From contig NZ_JAGIOS010000002.1 of NCBI RefSeq assembly GCF_017876815.1, forward strand, positions 390,001-422,000: 32,000 nt of DNA, read 5' to 3'. A program made the position numbers and the translations under genes. Source of the stretch: Sinorhizobium meliloti. Its GTDB lineage: Bacteria; Pseudomonadota; Alphaproteobacteria; Rhizobiales; Rhizobiaceae. A model generated the notes under the pieces. It was not told the origin of the DNA and did not search any database. It was given only the letters and a program-made list of their open reading frames with translations. The stretch's first letter is position 1, and each line of letters starts with the position of its first letter. Below are positions 25,160 through 32,000 of this stretch, in pieces.

Positions 25160-26593
25160 TCAGGCAAGCGTGTAGGCTGTCTTGACGTTGGTGTAGAACT
25201 CTGCGGCGTATTTGCCCTGCTCACGAGGGCCGTAAGAGGAAGCCTTGCGGCCGCCAAACGGCACGTGGAAATCGACGCCCGCCGTCGGCAGGTTGACCAT
25301 CACCATGCCGGCCTCGGCATTGCGCTTGAAGTGCGTCGCATGCTTTAGGCTGGTGGTGGCGATGCCCGAAGACAGGCCGAACGGCGTGTCGTTGGCGACG
25401 GCGAGCGCCTCGTCGTAGTCCTTGACGCGGATGACGGCCGCGACCGGCCCGAAGATTTCCTCGCGCGAGATGCGCATCTCGTTGGTCGCCTCGGTGAACA
25501 GCGCCGGCTGCAGATAGAAGCCGGGCGTGTCGCGCGAGATCACCTCCCCGCCGAAGGCAAGCTTGGCGCCTTCCTGTTTGCCGATGGCGATATAGTCGGT
25601 GTCCTGGTTGAGCTGGCTCTGATCGACCACCGGTCCGATATGGGTGCCGGGCTTCAGCGCGTCGTCGACGACGAGACCCTTGATCCGCTCGCCCATGGCG
25701 GCGACGAACCGGTCATGGATGCCTTCGGTGACGATGATCCGCGACGAGGCGGTGCAGCGCTGGCCGGTCGAGAAGAAAGCTGAGTTGACCGCCGCTTCGA
25801 CGGCGACGGCGAGATCGGCATCGTCGAGCACGACGAACGGGTTCTTGCCGCCCATCTCCAGCTGGTACTTGCGGTTATGTTCGACCGAGGCGACGGCGAC
25901 CCGCTTTCCGGTCGCGGTCGAGCCGGTGAAGGTGATCGCCTGGACGTCCGGACTGTCGAGCATCGCCTGGCCGACGACCGAGCCCTTGCCCATGACGAGG
26001 TTCAACACGCCCTTCGGCAGACCCGCCCGGTGGAGGATGTCGACGATCGCCCACGAACAGCCCGGAACGAGCTCGGCCGGCTTGAAGACAATGGTGTTGC
26101 CGTAGCAAAGCGCCGGGGCGAGCTTCCAGGCGGGAATGGCGATCGGGAAATTCCAAGGCGTGATGATGCCGACGACGCCGGCCGGCTCGCGGGTTATCTC
26201 GACGCCGATCCCCGGCCGGACCGACGGGACGACCTCACCCGCAAGACGCAGGGTCTCGCCGGCGAAGAACTCGAAGATCTGGCCGGCGCGGACCGTCTCG
26301 CCGATACCCTCGGCGAGCGTCTTGCCCTCTTCGCGCGAGAGAAGGCGTCCCAGCTCGTCCTTGCGCGCCAGGATCTCGTCGGCGGTCTTCTTCAGGATCG
26401 CATGGCGCTCGAGAATGCCGGAGCGCGACCACGCGGGAAAGGCAGCCTTTGCCGCCGCGATCGCGGCTTTCGCGTCTTCGGCGCTCGCGCGTGCATATTC
26501 TCCGACGACATCATCGGTGTTCGACGGATTGATGTTCGCAACGCCGTCTCCGCCGACCCATTCGCCGGCGATCAGGTTCTGGTGAAGTGTCAT
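25160..26593 (-). CDS. Aldehyde dehydrogenase, alpha-ketoglutarate semialdehyde dehydrogenase type
   Basis: AAGGAGG SD. 477 aa. ALDH motifs FTGSTATG, LEMGGKNP, catalytic Cys in GQRCTASSR. Confidence 0.85.
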   Translation of the reverse strand: MTLHQNLIAGEWVGGDGVANINPSNTDDVVGEYARASAEDAKAAIAAAKAAFPAWSRSGILERHAILKKTADEILARKDELGRLLSREEGKTLAEGIGETVRAGQIFEFFAGETLRLAGEVVPSVRPGIGVEITREPAGVVGIITPWNFPIAIPAWKLAPALCYGNTIVFKPAELVPGCSWAIVDILHRAGLPKGVLNLVMGKGSVVGQAMLDSPDVQAITFTGSTATGKRVAVASVEHNRKYQLEMGGKNPFVVLDDADLAVAVEAAVNSAFFSTGQRCTASSRIIVTEGIHDRFVAAMGERIKGLVVDDALKPGTHIGPVVDQSQLNQDTDYIAIGKQEGAKLAFGGEVISRDTPGFYLQPALFTEATNEMRISREEIFGPVAAVIRVKDYDEALAVANDTPFGLSSGIATTSLKHATHFKRNAEAGMVMVNLPTAGVDFHVPFGGRKASSYGPREQGKYAAEFYTNVKTAYTLA

Positions 26594-26669
26594 GGGCTTC
26601 AGCCTCCTTGTCTTCTTGCCGCAAGCGGCCGTGATGGTTCACGGCCTCGGGCTTGCCATTGGAGATATG

Positions 26670-27665
26670 TCAGAGCTGATGGACAGCGACCTCTTCCTCC
26701 GCCGCGATCGCCAGCGGATTGCGCAGGGGCAGGCCGAATTCCTTGGCTTCGATTTCGAATACGTCTCCCTCCTCCGTGCGGATGCCGTCACCGAAAGAGA
26801 GCGTCGCCGTGCCGAACATGTGGACGTGGATGTCTCCCGGTGCGCGGAAGAGTCCGTATTTGAAATGGTGATATTCGAGATTGGCGAAGCTGTGCGACAT
26901 GTTCGCCTCACCGGAAAGGAAAGGCTTCTCCCACAGCACCTTGCCGCCGCGAAGGATGCGCGATGCCCCGCGAATATCCTCGGGAGCCGCGCCGATGCGG
27001 ATTTCCGGCCCGAAGCTCGCCTGCCGGAGCTTCGAATGTGCGAGCCACAGATAATTGACCCGCTCGGTCTTGTGATCTGAGAACTCGTTGGCAACCGCAA
27101 AGCCGAGCCGGAAGGGGACGCCCTTGTCGGAGATCACATAGATGCCGGCCATTTCGGGCTCCTCGCCGCCATCCTCCGCGAAGGACGGAGACACGAGCGG
27201 CTCGCCCGGGGCCACAGCCGTGGTGCCGTTGCCCTTGTAGAACCATTCCGGCTGCACGCCTTTCTCACCGGACTTCGGCTTACCGCCTTCGAGGCCCATG
27301 CGGAACATCTTCATAGAGTCGGTCAGCGTTTCCTCGGTCGCTTCCGTCGCCTTCTTGTGCATCGCGTCGCGCGTTGCAGCGGAGCCAAGATGCGTGAGCC
27401 CGGTCCCCGTCAGATGCAGGTGGGCGGGATCGGGATGCGTGATCGGCGAAAGCAGCCGCCCCTGGGAATAGGCTTCCTCGAGATCGATCGTTTCGCCAAA
27501 GCCCTTGGCGTCGACGACGTCCCTGAGGCTCCGGCCGCTATTGGCCGCTTCCATCGCCAGAGCATAGACGCTCTCCGCTCCCCTGACGGCACGCGCCGTC
27601 TCGCCCGGGGCACGCACGGCGACGATAACCGAACCGTCTTCTTTCCTGACCTGAGAAATCAGCAC
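26670..27665 (-). CDS. gguC: FAH-family protein GguC/AraD1 (probable 2-keto-3-deoxy-pentonate dehydratase)
   Basis: GTG start (cac 27663-27665) with AGGAAGGA upstream. 331 aa. Sits immediately after gguB, as in the Agrobacterium chvE-gguABC operon. Confidence 0.78.
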   Translation of the reverse strand: MLISQVRKEDGSVIVAVRAPGETARAVRGAESVYALAMEAANSGRSLRDVVDAKGFGETIDLEEAYSQGRLLSPITHPDPAHLHLTGTGLTHLGSAATRDAMHKKATEATEETLTDSMKMFRMGLEGGKPKSGEKGVQPEWFYKGNGTTAVAPGEPLVSPSFAEDGGEEPEMAGIYVISDKGVPFRLGFAVANEFSDHKTERVNYLWLAHSKLRQASFGPEIRIGAAPEDIRGASRILRGGKVLWEKPFLSGEANMSHSFANLEYHHFKYGLFRAPGDIHVHMFGTATLSFGDGIRTEEGDVFEIEAKEFGLPLRNPLAIAAEEEVAVHQL

Positions 27666-27811
27666 GTTCTGTCCTTCCTGATGAATTGGCTTCCACGATG
27701 CCTTTCCTTGCGGAAAAGCAGCGCTTCGCCCGAGAGTGGCTCACGCCACCCAGTTACGGCAAACATGCCGCGTTTTTCTGTTGCGATCATCGGGGGCCGA
27801 GCGGAAGCCGG

Positions 27812-29026
27812 TCAGCCCTTGCCCTTGTTCTTGTTGTAGACGTCGAAGAACACGGCTGCGAGCAGCACGAGGCCCTTGATCAATTGCTGGTAGTCGATGC
27901 CGATGCCCATGATGGACATGCCGTTGTTCATGACGCCCATGATGAAAGCGCCGATCACCGCGCCGGTAATCTTGCCGACGCCACCCGAGGCGGACGCACC
28001 GCCGATGAAGCAGGCCGCGATCACGTCGAGCTCGAAGCCGACGCCGGCTTTCGGGGTCGCCGAGTTCAGACGGGCCGTGATGATCATGCCGGCAAGCGCC
28101 GCGAGCGCGCCCATGTTCACGAAGGCGTAGAAGGTCAGCCGTTCGGTATTGATGCCGGAGAGCTTGGTCGCCTTCTCGTTGCCGCCCATCGCGTATATCC
28201 GGCGGCCGATCGTCGAACGCGTGGTGACGAAGGTGTAGACGGCGATCAGCACGCCCATGACGACTAGGACGTTGGGCAGGCCCCGATAGGTCGAAAGCTG
28301 GAAGCCGAGGAACAGTGCCACCAGGCTGATGACCGCCATCTGGATCGCGAAGAAGACGAACGGCTCGTTCTCCGTGCCGTGCTGCTCGTTGATCCGGCGA
28401 TTGCGAACCCCGGCAAAGATCGCATAGCCGACGAGCAACAGCACGGCGACCAGGGCGACCATGTTCTTGATCGTCTCCGGGCTCGGGCTGAGGAAGTAAA
28501 GAAAGTCGGGAACGAATCCGGTCGACAGTATCTGGAAGTCCTTCGGAAACGGTCCGATCGGACGGCCGCCGAGGACCACATAGGTCATTCCCCGGAACAC
28601 CAGCATGCCGGCGAGCGTGACGATGAAGGAAGGGATCTTCTGATAGGCGACCCAGTAGCCCTGCGCCGCGCCCATGATACCGCCCACGATCAGGCAGGCG
28701 GGAATGACCACAAAGGCAGGCAAGCCCCATTTGACGAGCATGATCGCCGAAATCGCGCCGATGAAGGCCACGATGGAGCCGACCGACAGATCGATGTGCC
28801 CGGCAACGATGATCAGCAGCATGCCCAGCGCCATGATGACGATGAACGAGTTCTGCAGCACCAGGTTCGTGATGTTGACGGGCCTGAAGAGGACGCCGTT
28901 GGTGACGAACTGGAAGAACAGCATGATGATGACGAGCGCGACCAGCAGGCCGTATTCGCGAATGTTGTTCCTGAGGTAGTCACCGATCGACGGTTTGGTG
29001 GTTTCGGTGCTCGTATCGGCGACCAT
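27812..29026 (-). CDS. gguB: Sugar ABC transporter permease
   Basis: 404 aa, multi-TM, XylH/GguB-like. The ATG overlaps the gguA TAA by 1 nt (TAATG at 29024-29028). Confidence 0.9.
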   Translation of the reverse strand: MVADTSTETTKPSIGDYLRNNIREYGLLVALVIIMLFFQFVTNGVLFRPVNITNLVLQNSFIVIMALGMLLIIVAGHIDLSVGSIVAFIGAISAIMLVKWGLPAFVVIPACLIVGGIMGAAQGYWVAYQKIPSFIVTLAGMLVFRGMTYVVLGGRPIGPFPKDFQILSTGFVPDFLYFLSPSPETIKNMVALVAVLLLVGYAIFAGVRNRRINEQHGTENEPFVFFAIQMAVISLVALFLGFQLSTYRGLPNVLVVMGVLIAVYTFVTTRSTIGRRIYAMGGNEKATKLSGINTERLTFYAFVNMGALAALAGMIITARLNSATPKAGVGFELDVIAACFIGGASASGGVGKITGAVIGAFIMGVMNNGMSIMGIGIDYQQLIKGLVLLAAVFFDVYNKNKGKG

Positions 29027-30561
29027 TAGTGTTTCTCCCCTGAACGCATGATGGCGCGCATGATCGATTCCTGGCTTGCTTCCTCCTTGGAAAGCTCGGC
29101 CACCATGCGCCCCTCGTTCATGACATAGATGCGATCGCAGGTCCCGAGCAGCTCCGGCATCTCCGACGAGATCATCAGGATGCCTTTGCCCTCGGCCGCG
29201 AGCTGGTTGATGATGGTGTAGATCTCATACTTCGCGCCGATGTCGATACCGCGCGTCGGCTCATCGAGTATGAGGACTTCGGGATTGGTGAACAGCCACT
29301 TGGACAGGACGACCTTCTGCTGGTTCCCGCCAGAGAGGTTGACCGTCTCCTGATAGATCGAATGGGAACGGATGCGGAGCTTCGAGCGATATTCGGCGGC
29401 GACCTTCCGTTCCTTGCGCTCGTCGATGACGCCGTTCGATGCGACCGCATGCAGATTGGCGAGCGTGGTGTTGTGCATGATGTTGTTGATCAGCACGAGG
29501 CCGAGCTGCTTGCGGTCCTCCGTTACATAGGCAAGACCTGCCTTGATGGCCTTGGGAATCGTGCTCACGTCCACCGGCCGGCCATGCATCGTCACCTCGC
29601 CGGTGATCTTGTGGCCCCAGGACTTGCCGAAAACGCTCATCGCCGTCTCGGTGCGGCCGGCGCCCATCAGCCCGGCGATGCCGACGACCTCGCCGGCGCG
29701 AACCTTGAAGCTGACGTCATGCAGGAACTGCCGGTCGCGGTGATGCTGATGGTAGACGTTCCAGTTCTTCACCTCGAGCAGCGTGTCACCGATCTTCGGT
29801 TCACGCGGCGGATAGCGGTCTTCCATGGCCCGGCCGACCATGCCGTTGATGATCCGGTCCTCGCTGATGTCTTCCTTGTGACAGTCGAGCGTCTCTACCG
29901 TTCCGCCATCGCGCAGGATGGTGATCTGGTCGGCAACCTTCTTAATCTCGTTGAGCTTGTGAGAGATGATGATCGACGTCATGCCCTGGCTGCGGAACTC
30001 CATGAGCAGCTTCAAAAGCGCGTCGGAGTCGTTTTCGTTGAGGGATGCGGTCGGCTCGTCGAGGATCAGCAGGCGGACTTTCTTCGAAAGCGCCTTGGCA
30101 ATCTCCACCAGCTGCTGCTTGCCGACGCCGATATCGGTGATCAGCGTCGCGGGGGACTCGTTCAGGCCCACTTTCTTCAGGAGCTCCTGGGTGCGGGCAA
30201 AGGTCTGCGGCCAGTGGATCACGCCCTTTTCGGCCACCTCGTTGCCGAGAAAGATGTTCTCGGCGATCGAAAGCAGCGGAACGAGCGCCAGTTCCTGATG
30301 GATGATGATGATGCCGAGCTCTTCGCTGTCCGAGATCGTGCTGAACTGGCGAAGCTCGCCGTCGTAATGGATCTCGCCCTCATAGGTGCCGGCCGGATAG
30401 ACTCCGCTCAGCACCTTCATCAAGGTCGACTTGCCGGCGCCGTTTTCCCCGACAAGCGCGTGGATCTCGCCTTCGCGGACCTTGAACGAGACATTGTCCA
30501 GGGCCTTGACGCCCGGAAACGTCTTCGTAATGCCCCGCATTTCAAGAATGATATTGTCCAT
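29026..30561 (-). CDS. gguA: Sugar ABC transporter ATP-binding protein (duplicated ABC cassette)
   Basis: 511 aa. Walker [10 protein letters not shown], second cassette GLMGAGRTE, signature LSGGNQQKV, Walker B LILDEPT twice. Confidence 0.92.
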   Translation of the reverse strand: MDNIILEMRGITKTFPGVKALDNVSFKVREGEIHALVGENGAGKSTLMKVLSGVYPAGTYEGEIHYDGELRQFSTISDSEELGIIIIHQELALVPLLSIAENIFLGNEVAEKGVIHWPQTFARTQELLKKVGLNESPATLITDIGVGKQQLVEIAKALSKKVRLLILDEPTASLNENDSDALLKLLMEFRSQGMTSIIISHKLNEIKKVADQITILRDGGTVETLDCHKEDISEDRIINGMVGRAMEDRYPPREPKIGDTLLEVKNWNVYHQHHRDRQFLHDVSFKVRAGEVVGIAGLMGAGRTETAMSVFGKSWGHKITGEVTMHGRPVDVSTIPKAIKAGLAYVTEDRKQLGLVLINNIMHNTTLANLHAVASNGVIDERKERKVAAEYRSKLRIRSHSIYQETVNLSGGNQQKVVLSKWLFTNPEVLILDEPTRGIDIGAKYEIYTIINQLAAEGKGILMISSEMPELLGTCDRIYVMNEGRMVAELSKEEASQESIMRAIMRSGEKH

Positions 30562-30710
30562 ACTCAGCCATTCCAGCTGCAGTGGGAGAGACTGCAGGCG
30601 CTCTCCCGTGCTGCGCGGTTGTTTCGACCGGCTCCGATACGAAATAAAACCACGCGGCGGGCCAAAGTGCTACAGCGACATTGCCACGAGACGCATGCCG
30701 CCTGGATTAA

Positions 30711-30739
30711 GAGGGTGCGCGAGCGTGTCGCGCACCCTC
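30711..30739 (-). terminator. GC-rich hairpin 14 nt after the chvE stop (intra-operon attenuator or partial terminator)
   Basis: 12-bp perfect stem GAGGGTGCGCGA / TCGCGCACCCTC with a 5-nt loop. On the minus strand it is followed by TCTTAATCC, a weak U-tract. Confidence 0.55.
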
Positions 30740-30752
30740 CCGGTTCGCCGCA

Positions 30753-31820
30753 TCAGTTGTTGAGCTGATCTTCCGTGTAGTAGCCGGAACCGACGAGAAC
30801 GTCCTTGGCGTTGGACTTGTCGACGGAAACGGGCTTCAGGAGGTAGGACGGAACGACCTTGACGCCGTTTTCATAGGTCTTCGTGTCGTTGACCTCCGGC
30901 TCCTTGCCATCCATGATCGCGTTGACCATGTTGACGGTGACCTTGGCCAGTTCACGGGTGTCCTTGAAGACCGTGGAATACTGTTCGCCGGCGAGGATCG
31001 ACTTGACCGACGGCAGTTCGGCGTCCTGACCGGTGACGATCGGCATCGGCATGTCGCCGGAGCCGTAACCGACGCCCTTCAGAGCCGAGATGATGCCGAT
31101 CGACAGACCGTCATAGGGCGACAGAACGCCATCGACCTTCGCATCGGTATACGCGGACGACAGAAGGTTTTCCATTCGGGCCTGAGCCACGGCGCCATCC
31201 CAGCGCAGCGTGCCGACCTGGTCCATGCCCATCTGGCCGGACTTGACGACGATCTTGCCGCTGTCGATCAGAGGTTGCAGGACGGACATCGCGCCGTCGT
31301 AGAAAAAGAAGGCGTTGTTGTCGTCCGGCGAGCCGCCGAAAAGTTCGACGTTCTTCGGCTCGGTGGCACTGTCGAGCTTCAGACCCTCGACGAGCGATGT
31401 CGCCTGCAGCACGCCGACCTGGAAGTTGTCGAAGGTGGCGTAGTAGTCGACATTGCCGGAATCGCGGATCAGGCGGTCGTAGGCGATGACCTTGACGCCG
31501 GCATCGGCAGCCTTCTGCAGGATGTCGGAGAGCGTCGTGCCGTCGATGGCGCCGATGACGAGGACCTTCGCGCCCTTGGTCACCATGTTCTCGATCTGCG
31601 CCAACTGGTTCGGAATGTCATCGTCGGCGAACTGCAGGTCCGGCGCATAGCCGGCCTCCTTGAACAGCTTCTCCATGGTCTCGCCGTCGGAAATCCAGCG
31701 CGTCGACGTCTTGGTGGGCATGGAGATGCCGACCATGCCCTTTTCCTGGGCGACTGCCGGCGCAGCGAAGCCGGCGACCGTGATCGCCGCAGCCGCGAGA
31801 AGCGAAGTAAAGAATTTCAT
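30753..31820 (-). CDS. chvE: Periplasmic multiple-sugar-binding protein ChvE
   Basis: AGGGAGAG SD. Signal peptide [24 protein letters not shown]. Long blocks ([87 protein letters not shown]) match my memory of Agrobacterium ChvE. Confidence 0.9.
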   Translation of the reverse strand: MKFFTSLLAAAAITVAGFAAPAVAQEKGMVGISMPTKTSTRWISDGETMEKLFKEAGYAPDLQFADDDIPNQLAQIENMVTKGAKVLVIGAIDGTTLSDILQKAADAGVKVIAYDRLIRDSGNVDYYATFDNFQVGVLQATSLVEGLKLDSATEPKNVELFGGSPDDNNAFFFYDGAMSVLQPLIDSGKIVVKSGQMGMDQVGTLRWDGAVAQARMENLLSSAYTDAKVDGVLSPYDGLSIGIISALKGVGYGSGDMPMPIVTGQDAELPSVKSILAGEQYSTVFKDTRELAKVTVNMVNAIMDGKEPEVNDTKTYENGVKVVPSYLLKPVSVDKSNAKDVLVGSGYYTEDQLNN

Positions 31821-32000
31821 CAGATCTCTCCCTGAGTGTTGAACCGGCAGGCGCGGGGCCTCCGTCTATGCGCAGCGATCACCGTCGCGGAGCGTGACCC
31901 CCCGGCGGTGGTTCAAGATAAAGGAAGCCCTCCCCGTCTTATCATACTCCCGCATGCGCTGGCGCATATGCTGGGAAACTGGAATCAATTGCCATAACTG

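Overview
High-GC window that looks like Rhizobiaceae chromosome; the chvE-gguABC block at the 3' end is the clearest marker. I count about 30 credible genes. Note that the ORF track translates TTG/GTG starts as M, so several starts were re-derived from the DNA. Left to right: (1) a large MASE1/5xPAS sensor kinase followed by a stand-alone receiver and a FixJ/LuxR-type regulator; (2) a divergent LysR-SDR pair; (3) a minus-strand ureide (urate-to-glyoxylate) cluster of DUF1045, puuE, uraD and allA, then a roughly 300-nt AT-rich ORF-free island, then uraH; (4) divergently arranged halves of mnmC (FAD oxidoreductase and MnmD methyltransferase); (5) a baeRF12 'host attachment' protein and an RhlE DEAD-box helicase; (6) a decayed copper-efflux operon in which most of cusB and cusA is deleted and the remnants are frameshifted, while the DUF411/CopG-like gene stays intact; (7) an EamA/DMT permease; (8) a tightly packed circularly-permuted ATP-grasp / alpha-E / transglutaminase cassette, a conserved but experimentally uncharacterised system; (9) a convergent gene for a secreted protein made of nine 14-residue Gly/Asn repeats; (10) chvE-gguA-gguB-gguC fused to the oxidative L-arabinose pathway (KGSA dehydrogenase and IlvD/Edd-family arabinonate dehydratase). 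No rRNA, tRNA, CRISPR array or intact transposase was seen. The items most worth follow-up are the ATP-grasp cassette, the repeat protein, the cus deletion scar, the AT-rich island, a dispersed structured intergenic repeat and an orphan terminator-like hairpin. All family assignments come from motif recognition by eye, with no database search run.
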